From Candidatus Bathyarchaeota archaeon (GTDB taxonomy: Archaea > Thermoproteota > Bathyarchaeia > Bathyarchaeales > Bathycorpusculaceae), in contig CAWGZR010000010.1 of assembly GCA_963827165.1 (NCBI GenBank), positions 128,001 through 192,000 on the forward strand: 64,000 bases of DNA, written 5' to 3'. The position numbers and the translations under genes are program-made. Position 1 is the first letter of the stretch. Every line of letters starts with the position of its first letter. Below the pieces are notes generated by a model. That model did no database searches, was not told the DNA's origin, and was given only the letters and a program-made list of their open reading frames with translations. Positions 1 to 8,441 of the stretch are shown in pieces.

Positions 1-713
1 AGGGTTTCGCTTGCCTTTTTCGTAACTGAAACTTTCAGGATGCCGCTCATGTTCAACGTTCCAGCGAAAACACAGTCATCGATTCTCTTGGTAACAGGCA
101 CTGATTCGCCGGTCACTAGTGCTTGGTCAACATGGGAGAAGCCCTCGGTAACGTTGCCGTCTAAAGGGATACGTTCGCCGGGTCTGACAAGCAAAATCAT
201 GTTGGGTTCGACTTCGTTGACACCGACGGTTTTTTCTTCTCCCCCGACGAAAATTCTGGCTTTGTCAGGCATGAACTTTGACAGTTTCTCAACGGTTCGT
301 CTTGCCCTGTCCTCGATGTAGCCTTCAAGGTATTCGGCGATTGAGTATAGAAACAAAACGGTTGCGGCTTCGAAAAACGCGTGAAGATATAGTGCGCCAA
401 GGGCAGCTATAGCCATTAGGAATTCGACGGAGAACCTTTTTTCCAAGAAAAGCTCTCTCAGCCCGACGACGCCGATGTATATGGATGCGAAAAGCACCAC
501 TACATAGTACAGGACTATGCTCAGGGTGGCTTTGAAATTGACGAGCGGAATGGTAAAGTTAAGGGGTACGCCTGAGTAAAGGAGGGTAAGCAAGCCGCCT
601 ATGGTGATGGTTAAGCCTAGTAAAACTGCGAACGTAACCATTACACGTTTGTTTTCGGTCTGTTCCTCTTTCTGCGTGGGCTTTTCAACGCAGGTTTTGT
701 CCTCAAAAGTCAT
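1..713 (-). CDS. Heavy-metal-translocating P1B-type ATPase (5' part; runs off the window edge)
   Basis: Manual translation from ATG at 713: N-terminal TM helices, then FSVEFLMAIAALGA...EAATVLFLYSIAEYLE and actuator domain VRPGERIPLDG...VDQALVTGESVPV (TGES motif). Not in the ORF track because it has no stop inside the window. Confidence 0.9.
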   Translation of the reverse strand, partial: MTFEDKTCVEKPTQKEEQTENKRVMVTFAVLLGLTITIGGLLTLLYSGVPLNFTIPLVNFKATLSIVLYYVVVLFASIYIGVVGLRELFLEKRFSVEFLMAIAALGALYLHAFFEAATVLFLYSIAEYLEGYIEDRARRTVEKLSKFMPDKARIFVGGEEKTVGVNEVEPNMILLVRPGERIPLDGNVTEGFSHVDQALVTGESVPVTKRIDDCVFAGTLNMSGILKVSVTKKASET

Positions 714-797
714 CGTTTACCTAATAAAAAGAAAAATTAAAACAGCAAATATTAAGATGCTTGTGAAAAAAACGGTGGTTTTTAATAAACACCGCAT

Positions 798-1784
798 CTA
801 AGGAAGGAACTGTTGGTATACTGGGTGGCCTTTGAACCGCAAAGTGGTTTCTGATGTTTCAATGGTTCCGCTGGGCAGCCGCATGCAAATCGAATTCACG
901 ATAGCTCCATTTGGAATTACCCTTACGCCGTCTAACAGTTCGCCTTTTGTGACACCCGATGCTGCAAAAACCAGTTCTTTCCCTTTTGCAAGTTCATCCT
1001 GATTGTATGTTTTGTCGATTTCGACGCCAGTCGCCCGCAGGCGATCTAGGCGTTCGGGATCGTCTTTTTTATCCTGCCAAACCTTCGCAAGCATGGTTCC
1101 GCCCAAAATCTTCACTGCTGTCGCGGCTATGGTGGCTTCGGGTCCGGCTCCCGCCCCGATGAGCATGTCTACTCCACTGTTTGGTAGACAGCAGACTACG
1201 GCGCCTGCAATGTCTCCGTCTGGGATAAGTAGGATTCGCACACCTAGTTTCCTGAGTTGTGCGAGCAGAGTGTTGTGTCTTTCTCGTTCAAGCATGATAA
1301 CGGTGAAGGTTGATAGAGGGATACGTTTTTCACGGGCTATTGTCCGAACCAATTTTGGAATGGGCATGTCCATGGATATTTTCCCCATTGAATGGTAGTC
1401 TGTGGCGATTTTAAAGTAGTATCCGTCGTCAGGCAGCACTTGGAAGCATCCTGCTGGTGCACATGCTAAAGCGGAAATTGCATCTTTTCTGCCTTTGCTG
1501 GCAGCGGTGGTTCCGTCGACGGGATCAACGATGAATTCGACTTTTGGTCCTCCGCCTGTTCCGACTTTTTCTCGGCGTTCAAAAGAGGGTGCATGATCTT
1601 TGGGTCCTTCACAGCAGATTACTTCGCCTTCCACGTCTGTTTGGGCAAGCACTGCTCTTGAAAACTCAACGGCCTTTGCATCAATTAAGTCGCAATCGCC
1701 TTGACCTACATGCAAAGCGGCGCCTACTGCGCCCGCGACTGTTATTCTTGTTAAAGATGGGGCTAAAGCTCTAAGAGAAACCAT
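798..1784 (-). CDS. glpX: Class II fructose-1,6-bisphosphatase (GlpX family)
   Basis: GEVICCEG, VDPVDGT, LERERH, IPDGDIAG, GAGPEA and AASGVT..GELLDGV match GlpX motifs. Confidence 0.92.
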   Translation of the reverse strand: MVSLRALAPSLTRITVAGAVGAALHVGQGDCDLIDAKAVEFSRAVLAQTDVEGEVICCEGPKDHAPSFERREKVGTGGGPKVEFIVDPVDGTTAASKGRKDAISALACAPAGCFQVLPDDGYYFKIATDYHSMGKISMDMPIPKLVRTIAREKRIPLSTFTVIMLERERHNTLLAQLRKLGVRILLIPDGDIAGAVVCCLPNSGVDMLIGAGAGPEATIAATAVKILGGTMLAKVWQDKKDDPERLDRLRATGVEIDKTYNQDELAKGKELVFAASGVTKGELLDGVRVIPNGAIVNSICMRLPSGTIETSETTLRFKGHPVYQQFLP

Positions 1785-2009
1785 AACGTTATCTCCTCAC
1801 AGCGATATTTGGTTAATTCGTTACCGACCAACCAATATATGCTTTGCTAAAAAAGCCTCTTATCAATAGCTGCGAATGTTCATCCCTGCTTTTTTGTTTT
1901 CAGATTGCAAGTTGGAAGTATTTGCCCAAATTTGTACGCAATCTGGTTAATTTCTTTTAGAAGTTTCTGGCGCAATCGTTAAATTGCCGCCTTCTAAGTA
2001 TTCCCACCA

Positions 2010-2429
2010 ATGCCGAAAGACCAGGAAATAAAAGGCAATACGCTAAAGGCATATCTGTACCTTCTCAAACATGGTCCCTGCGAGCTGCGGGAGGTTCAGC
2101 GAGGTCTCGGCTTGTCATCAGCTTCTCTCGCGTCGTATCATCTTGGGAAACTTGCAGAAGCAAACTATGTGAAGCAAGATGAACAGGGAAAATACTACGC
2201 GGTCAAAGATGCCTCAGTTAAAGTTCTCGAAGGCTACTCCAAAGTCGGCCCTGCGGTTGTGCCTCAACTATTCTTCTTCTCGCTACTCTTCACTATCGTA
2301 GCCGCCGTCTTCTCTTTTGAAGCTCTTTATGGCTCGAATTTTACAGTTTGGTTAGTAATTCTCTGCAGTGCCATGGTTGCAGTATTCTGGTATGAAACAT
2401 TGATTCTTTGGCGAAGACTCACGGCTTAG
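2010..2429 (+). CDS. Winged-HTH protein with two C-terminal transmembrane helices (membrane-bound regulator)
   Basis: LREVQRGLGLSSASLASYHLGKL is an ArsR-like HTH; two hydrophobic segments follow. Confidence 0.72.
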   Translation: MPKDQEIKGNTLKAYLYLLKHGPCELREVQRGLGLSSASLASYHLGKLAEANYVKQDEQGKYYAVKDASVKVLEGYSKVGPAVVPQLFFFSLLFTIVAAVFSFEALYGSNFTVWLVILCSAMVAVFWYETLILWRRLTA

Positions 2430-2543
2430 CAGAACGTTTCCAAGGTTTTTTTCAATGCTTTTGAACAAGCATTAAATGGTTTTTAAAAGCCTTTAAAAAA
2501 TGTAGGTTATTATTCTTTCGTGCCTATTTTCCGTCGATGCAAA

Positions 2544-3833
2544 ATGACTTTAAAATGGACTACTAAATATGGTATAGCAGCTATACTCGCAGCCGCACTG
2601 ATAATTTCGATTGTCTTTGTCGCCAACCCCAGCATCATACCCAAGCAAGCTTTGGGAAAATCCTCCTTCGCAGTTATGCTTACGGATCCACCAGTTGTGC
2701 CAGCTGGAACAACGGTGCTCAACCTCACATACTCAGACATCTCACTTGACATAAGCTACGTCAATGGAACTTCTGCGTGGCTTTCTGTGGGAGGTTCAGG
2801 AACAGTGAACTCTTTCGCATTGATTAACATGACCAAAACCATCGCATCAACCACTATCCCAACCAACTCCACCGTGAACAAAATCCAGTTTACAATTGCA
2901 AACGTAACGGCAGTAGTTAATGGCACAACCTACAACGTAACCACTCTTTCAAACACTCTTGTAATGTCGGTTGCTAATAGCAGAATCAACCAAACTTTCT
3001 CAGGCGTACTGGTTGACTTTAACCCCACACTCATCGAGATACAATCCGTTGATGCAAACGGAAACCCGGTCAACTACTATGTACTTGCCCCAAGCGCAAC
3101 CGCAACGGTCGTCGGCAGTTTAGACCGAGCGCAAGTCAAAGTTGGTACAATCGTGAAAATCGGCCAAAACGGACAGGTAGGAGTAGAACGCGTCGTTCAG
3201 AACTTCAGCCAAAACGTCACAATCTCCTCCGCCTCGCTCTCAGTCAACGGCAACACCACAAACCTCTCAGTAACCCTCACAAACACCGCAGACGTAACCT
3301 TCAGAATCTTTGGCATAACCCTCCAAGGCAAATTCAACTCCACCGTTAACTGGGCGCACGACTTCCAAATGCCATACCGCAACCCAGAAACAATTCCATT
3401 CCAAATCAACAACACCGATTTAGTTCCGCTTTTCGGACCAAGCTTCCAAATGCAGCCTATGATTCCGCAGGATGTTCGACCACAGGCGATAACTCAAGCA
3501 GCAAACCTCGTGCAGCCGCTCGACATGAGAATAGGAATGGGATACGGTAACCAAGGCGTCGGCTCGGGCTTTGGTGAAATGGGCATGGGCAAAGATCCTA
3601 ATGGTCCCCAAGGCGGAGATGACGACAGACCGGGAACTCCAGCTACAACATATTTGGCTCTGCAGCCAGGCCAAACAGTCACATTGACTTTCATCGGAGT
3701 CATCGGTAACCAGCAAGGGCAAAACTTCGATTATAGATCAGCATTGACAACTACCCCGATTGTGGGAAATGCATACACCATCCAGCTTACGGGCGAAGGC
3801 TTCCAAACCTACAGTGTAACCGCAACAACATAA
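2544..3833 (+). CDS. Membrane-anchored/secreted beta-rich protein, DUF4382-like N-terminal domain
   Basis: N-terminal hydrophobic anchor, VMLTDPP motif typical of DUF4382, many N-x-S/T sequons, Thr/Asn/Val-rich. Confidence 0.65.
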   Translation: MTLKWTTKYGIAAILAAALIISIVFVANPSIIPKQALGKSSFAVMLTDPPVVPAGTTVLNLTYSDISLDISYVNGTSAWLSVGGSGTVNSFALINMTKTIASTTIPTNSTVNKIQFTIANVTAVVNGTTYNVTTLSNTLVMSVANSRINQTFSGVLVDFNPTLIEIQSVDANGNPVNYYVLAPSATATVVGSLDRAQVKVGTIVKIGQNGQVGVERVVQNFSQNVTISSASLSVNGNTTNLSVTLTNTADVTFRIFGITLQGKFNSTVNWAHDFQMPYRNPETIPFQINNTDLVPLFGPSFQMQPMIPQDVRPQAITQAANLVQPLDMRIGMGYGNQGVGSGFGEMGMGKDPNGPQGGDDDRPGTPATTYLALQPGQTVTLTFIGVIGNQQGQNFDYRSALTTTPIVGNAYTIQLTGEGFQTYSVTATT

Positions 3834-3938
3834 AACAAAGAAAACAATCTTCCTCATTTTTTATCTGCTTTTCTTAAAAATAATCTTTAACTTTCTGAAA
3901 AAAGAATAAATCAAAAATTGTTAAAAATGCTTTGTTTC

Positions 3939-4092
3939 TCGGGATTAAGCCTAAGATTTTTGCTGCAGGAAGGTTCGGCACAACGAGTAATACATAACTT
4001 GCTCCGTGGCTCAGTGGACACCCGTCATGGCGGGGACATGGCCATTCCTCACCACTTGCATCATGTAGTGATCGCAGAAAGTCGTGACCCGA
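3939..4092 (+). ncRNA. Candidate structured non-coding RNA of unknown family
   Basis: GC-richer segment in an AT-rich intergenic region that folds by eye into six nested helices, with the wobble pairs being G-U on the + strand (see findings). Confidence 0.45.
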
Positions 4093-4167
4093 CCAACACT
4101 TGCTCTTTTAAACTAAGAGCTAAAAAGCCCGGCTAGACAATTTTAACTCCTAGAACGTGTTAGCAAA

Positions 4168-4797
4168 TTAATAAAAGCACGGAATATATTCGCGAACGCT
4201 AAAACCAACGGCTAGCCGATCCGCAACCGCCTTTACTCTTTCCAAGTCAACCTCCGGCATCCTGACAGCCGTCGTCTCAACCTCCAGAATATGCTTGGCG
4301 CCCTGTATGAAATCAACGGTTGCCTTGTAAGTTCCCTCAAATGTTGGCTTACAAATTTCCACGTAGGTTTCTTTGTCCCCAGCGTTTAAACTGACACTTA
4401 CCTTGTCAACGCCCGCTGTCCTCAGTTCAGTCGCAGTATCCCTGCCCATGTTAAGTATGTTACCGTGTCCGTTCGTGTCCACGCGAATCTTAAGTGGCTT
4501 GCAATAGTTCTTCCTTATCCACCGTGTAACCTCCAGCAAAAGATCGAGCCGCTCCGTGGGTTCGCCGAAACCGCAGAAAACCGCTTCATCCCAGCTCCGC
4601 ATGCCCAACACCTTCTCAAGCTCGGATGTAATCTGGTCAAGGTTCGGTTCTTCAACAAGTTTAAGGTTGAATCCGCCGACGCCCCGCTTGAAATTTTTGA
4701 AACAGAAAAAGCATCGGTTAGAGCAGCGGTTGGTGATGTTTAGGTAAAGTTTGTTGTCCAGCCAGTAGACAGCTTTGGGTTCCTCATCTTTAGCCAT
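4168..4797 (-). CDS. TatD-associated-family radical SAM protein
   Basis: LYLNITNRCSNRCFFC (CX3CX2C), VFCGFGEPT, RVDTNGHG, VSVSLNA. Confidence 0.88.
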   Translation of the reverse strand: MAKDEEPKAVYWLDNKLYLNITNRCSNRCFFCFKNFKRGVGGFNLKLVEEPNLDQITSELEKVLGMRSWDEAVFCGFGEPTERLDLLLEVTRWIRKNYCKPLKIRVDTNGHGNILNMGRDTATELRTAGVDKVSVSLNAGDKETYVEICKPTFEGTYKATVDFIQGAKHILEVETTAVRMPEVDLERVKAVADRLAVGFSVREYIPCFY

Positions 4798-4825
4798 GCC
4801 GTTCCTGCCTCATAAAATTCGGGCG

Positions 4826-5113
4826 CTAGCCGCCTGTCATTAGTGACATTATGATTACGTTGTCGCCGTTTTTAAGTGGGGTGTTGATGCCTTGAAGTTG
4901 GTCCATTAAGACGCCGTTGACCATTGTCACAAAGGTTGGCTTCATTTCTTTTTGGGTTGGATCGTAGACTTCTTGCGTGAATGGTTCGGCATATTTTTCC
5001 GCAATGCTACAGAGCAACTCAGATAGGAGTGAATCTTGTTTTAGGTCGAATTCCTCTTGACTCGTTTTCGTGAAGCTTTTGACTAGGCTCAAGTAGTGAA
5101 CTTTAACTTTCAT
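4826..5113 (-). CDS. MoaD/ThiS/SAMP ubiquitin-like sulfur carrier
   Basis: MKVKVHY start, MVNG, LKNGDNV and C-terminal di-glycine (MTGG). Confidence 0.88.
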   Translation of the reverse strand: MKVKVHYLSLVKSFTKTSQEEFDLKQDSLLSELLCSIAEKYAEPFTQEVYDPTQKEMKPTFVTMVNGVLMDQLQGINTPLKNGDNVIIMSLMTGG

Positions 5114-5339
5114 TTCTACCACTGCAGTCGTTCTAGTGGATTGATAGAGGCACCTCTTATCTTTTTTCTGTGCCAAAAACAGCTTCTCACCTGCGAAACT
5201 CGAAAAAACGTTATTATTGCGAGTACAGATGGGAACCTTAAAACGCTTTTTTTAGCCATGAATTTCAAAAGTAAAATCCCATTAACTTAATATACTGTTC
5301 AACTGAGTATTTAGCTAAATTTAACGGAGGAACACGGGT

Positions 5340-7196
5340 TTGCTCGGTTACGCAGGAAAAATTCTACGCGTTAATTTATCCACAGGGAAGATTACTGTGG
5401 AGAAACTCGATGAAGAAACCGCCAAAAAATACATTGGCGGTATAGGCTTAGGCATGAAACTTTGGCTCTCTAACTCAAAAGCAGGTGTTGACGCATTCGA
5501 CCCTGAAAACCCGCTGGTTTTAGCGGTGGGTCCAGTTTCGGGAACAATGTTCCCAACAGGTGGAAACGGACACGCCTTCATTTCAAAGTCACCTGAGACA
5601 GGCGGCGTCGGCGAAGCCGTAAGCCACGGCACATTCGGCGCAGAAATCAAAAGAGCAGGTTACGACGCCTTAATTCTAGTCGGGAAATCCGAAAGACCAG
5701 TTTACCTTTGGATTGACGATGATTCAGTCCAGTTGTTTGATGCAGAAAAAATCTGGGGCAGATCACCCTCCGAAACCGAAGATGCAATTAAAGAAGAACT
5801 CGGCGACTACTATGTACGTGTCGCATCCATTGGATTGGCAGGTGAAAAACAATCCAAAATCGCCAACATAATAAACGAGAAAACACGTGCGGCAGGAAGA
5901 ACAGGGCTGGGCGCAGTGATGGGGTCAAAGAACCTCAAAGCCATCGCTGTTCGTGGAACCAACGACATAGTGGTTGCCAAACCTGAAGAATTTATTGAAA
6001 TGGTCAAAGAGTTTCATGAGCGAATGAAGGGGCCAGCTGCACAGAAATACCGAACTTTAGGGACATCAGAAAACGTGATGATACAGAACTCACTCCACTG
6101 CTTGCCCACACGCAACTTTAACAACTCATATTTTGAAAACGCTCAGAAAGTAAGCGGCGAAACCCTCAACGAACGGTACGTCGCCAAAATAATCGCTTGC
6201 AACTCGTGTGCAATGCGGTGTGAACATGAAGTCATAGTCCACGAAGGACCCTACAAGGGAACCATGGCACGAATGGAATATGATAACATCTGGGCGCTTG
6301 GTCCCAACTGCGGCGTCGACAAGCTTGACGCAATTATCAAAGCGGCCGAACTGTGCAATTATTACGGATTGGACGCTACAAGTACAGGTGTAACGGTCAG
6401 TTTCGTAATGGATTGCCACGAAAAAGGAATCCTAACACATGAGGATCTCCTCGGAATCGACGCTCATTTCGGCAACGCAGAAGCACTTCTGAAGCTTATT
6501 GAGAAAATAGGCAAGCGAGAGGGAATCGGCGAAATCTTAGCAGACGGGGTTAAAGCAGCCGCAGCAAAAATAGGTAAAGACTCAGACAAACTTGCCCAAA
6601 ACATTAAGGGTTTAGAAGTTACAGGCTACGATTTAAGATGCTTAAAAACCGCGGCTTTAGGATTTGCAGTTTCTTTCCGTGGTGCAGATCACAATCGAAG
6701 TGGCGCTTACACATTTGACATTTCAGGTAAAGTCGACCGTCTTAAAGCCGAAAAAGGCAGAGGCAAACTTGTAAAGGACTCCGAAGATGTCTACTCATTA
6801 ATTGACTCGCTTATTATCTGCAAGAACGCAAGAGGCACACTCTACAAAGAGATGCCTGATATGTCTAAACTCTACATGTTGGTAACAGGCTACGAGATGA
6901 CTCCACAGGAACTCAGCCTTGCAGGCGAACGCATAAACAATCTTGCACGGCTAATTAACATCAGAGAAGGATTTAGCCGAAAAGACGATACCCTTCCGTG
7001 GAAAGTTATGAACCAACCAATTCTTGACGATGGCCCAGCCAAAGGCGCTGTTGTAACTCAAGAAGAACTTGATTTACTTCTCGACGATTACTATATGTCA
7101 CGCGGCTGGACAACCAACGGAGTGCCAACCAAAGACGTTCTTACCAAGCTTGGACTGGAAGATTTATCAGACATAATCAAAGGAAAAGATGATTAA
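5340..7196 (+). CDS. aor: Aldehyde:ferredoxin oxidoreductase (tungsten AOR family)
   Basis: GYAGKILRVNLS, SKSPETG, AAGRTGLGAVMGSKNLKAI, CNSCAMRC, EYD, GLDATSTG, DSLIIC, YYMSRGW; TTG start after GGAGG. Confidence 0.96.
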   Translation: MLGYAGKILRVNLSTGKITVEKLDEETAKKYIGGIGLGMKLWLSNSKAGVDAFDPENPLVLAVGPVSGTMFPTGGNGHAFISKSPETGGVGEAVSHGTFGAEIKRAGYDALILVGKSERPVYLWIDDDSVQLFDAEKIWGRSPSETEDAIKEELGDYYVRVASIGLAGEKQSKIANIINEKTRAAGRTGLGAVMGSKNLKAIAVRGTNDIVVAKPEEFIEMVKEFHERMKGPAAQKYRTLGTSENVMIQNSLHCLPTRNFNNSYFENAQKVSGETLNERYVAKIIACNSCAMRCEHEVIVHEGPYKGTMARMEYDNIWALGPNCGVDKLDAIIKAAELCNYYGLDATSTGVTVSFVMDCHEKGILTHEDLLGIDAHFGNAEALLKLIEKIGKREGIGEILADGVKAAAAKIGKDSDKLAQNIKGLEVTGYDLRCLKTAALGFAVSFRGADHNRSGAYTFDISGKVDRLKAEKGRGKLVKDSEDVYSLIDSLIICKNARGTLYKEMPDMSKLYMLVTGYEMTPQELSLAGERINNLARLINIREGFSRKDDTLPWKVMNQPILDDGPAKGAVVTQEELDLLLDDYYMSRGWTTNGVPTKDVLTKLGLEDLSDIIKGKDD

Positions 7197-7198
7197 AA

Positions 7199-7702
7199 AT
7201 GGTCAAAATTCACGAAAGAAAATTCGTTTCAGTTGACCCCGAAAAATGTGTAGGCTGCCAAATCTGCGAGTACGCCTGCTCATTCACCAAAGAGAAAGCG
7301 TTTAACCCGCTCAAGTCACGCATACGTGTTGTCCGTGTTAACCAAGTCGCCAACATGTCAGTAACCTGCAGGCTATGTGAAGACCCAGCGTGCGTAGCAG
7401 CTTGCCCAAGGGATGCACTTTCACAATCAGCCGACACTGGAAACATTGTTCTTGACAAAGACAAATGCAACGGTTGCGGATGGTGCATCGAAGCTTGTGA
7501 CTACGGAGCAATCATGCTGCATCCCGAAACCAAAGTCGTTTACGTCTGCGACCTTTGCAAAGACAAAGCCGATGGACCCCAATGCGTCAAATGGTGCCCT
7601 GAAGAAGCATTAACCTTAGTAACAAGCGACGTGCTGGCTCAGAAAGCAAGAATTAGCGCAATAAAGAAGCTATTCCAAGAACCACAAGAAAAAATAAGTT
7701 AA
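7199..7702 (+). CDS. 4x[4Fe-4S] electron-transfer subunit (DmsB/HydN/CooF-like) co-transcribed with AOR
   Basis: 16 Cys in four groups: CVGCQICEYAC, CRLCEDPACVAAC, CNGCGWCIEAC, CDLC...CVKWC; starts 2 bp after the aor stop. Confidence 0.92.
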   Translation: MVKIHERKFVSVDPEKCVGCQICEYACSFTKEKAFNPLKSRIRVVRVNQVANMSVTCRLCEDPACVAACPRDALSQSADTGNIVLDKDKCNGCGWCIEACDYGAIMLHPETKVVYVCDLCKDKADGPQCVKWCPEEALTLVTSDVLAQKARISAIKKLFQEPQEKIS

Positions 7703-7707
7703 GAGGA

Positions 7708-7726
7708 AAAGGGCGAAAAGCCCTTT
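7708..7726 (+). terminator. Stem-loop after the AOR operon
   Basis: AAAGGGC-GAAAA-GCCCTTT followed by T-rich sequence, between convergent operons. Confidence 0.45.
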
Positions 7727-7730
7727 CGCT

Positions 7731-7829
7731 TAATTTTTGCCATTTCTTTTCGTCCATATGGTCTTCTTTGCAGTGTTCTTCGTAGTCCTCTTTAGAATCT
7801 CATTCCATGTTGTCTTTGGGGCATTTCAA
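7731..7829 (-). pseudogene. Small C2H2-zinc-finger-like ORF interrupted by TGA
   Basis: TTG start, LKCPKDNME-TGA-DSKEDYEEHCKEDHMDEKK; spacing resembles C-x2-C-x3-F-x8-H-x4-H. Confidence 0.4.
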
Positions 7830-7847
7830 TTTGCCTTCAGAGTTAAA

Positions 7848-8441
7848 CTAGCTGGATTGAACGCTGTCTCTTCCCGCTTGGAACGCTTTTAGGTTGACGT
7901 TGATGTATTTTTCTTTTAGTCTGCCTGCGATTGCTTGCTTAAAAGACTCTGCTTTAACGGGAACTTTTGGAAGCGCTGAGAGCGCCCCTAGCAGAATAGT
8001 GTTAACAACCAGCATGTTCCCAAGCTTAGACGCTATGCCTTGCCCATCAACTTCATGCACAGTCGCCTTGTCCCTTAGAATTTGAATCAGTTCATTAGCA
8101 TTCTTAGGTTTAACACCTAAACCTGCGATACATGGCTGAATGTACTTCATATTGACAACTACATCGCCGCTTCTCCTAAGCATGGGCAACGCTCGAGCAG
8201 CCTCAAGAACCTCAAAACCCAGGAGAACATCGGCTTTTCCAGTTTCAATCAGCGGCGACTCCACCTTATCACCCATCCTCGCATAAGCCACAATTGAGCC
8301 TCCACGCTGAGCCATACCGTGAATTTCAGCCTTCGCCACATCAAAGCCTTCCAAAATCGCGGCTTCACAGAAAATATCGCTTAAAACCACAACGCCTTGC
8401 CCGCCTACTCCGCTAAAAACCGTGTCAAGATTTTTCATCAA
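7848..8441 (-). CDS. iorB: Indolepyruvate:ferredoxin oxidoreductase beta subunit
   Basis: GVGGQG, AEIHGMAQRGGS, GKADVLLGFE.LEAAR, NTILLGAL, NLKAF; overlaps the iorA stop. Confidence 0.95.
   Translation of the reverse strand: MMKNLDTVFSGVGGQGVVVLSDIFCEAAILEGFDVAKAEIHGMAQRGGSIVAYARMGDKVESPLIETGKADVLLGFEVLEAARALPMLRRSGDVVVNMKYIQPCIAGLGVKPKNANELIQILRDKATVHEVDGQGIASKLGNMLVVNTILLGALSALPKVPVKAESFKQAIAGRLKEKYINVNLKAFQAGRDSVQSS

Noticed and set aside
3939-4092. Assignment of the RNA candidate as tRNA (GGCTCAGTGG), RNase P (GAGGAA/GGAGCAAG on the minus strand), or a cobalamin/Moco riboswitch
   Set aside because: Only short words match; no T-arm or acceptor stem, no proper P4 helix, no complete B12 or Moco box, and it is not in a 5' UTR.
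3918-4136. 72-aa ORF over the structured region, and a minus-strand frame with three TGAs (selenoprotein idea)
   Set aside because: No recognisable protein features; the TGAs are not in redox motifs; the pairing pattern explains the sequence better.
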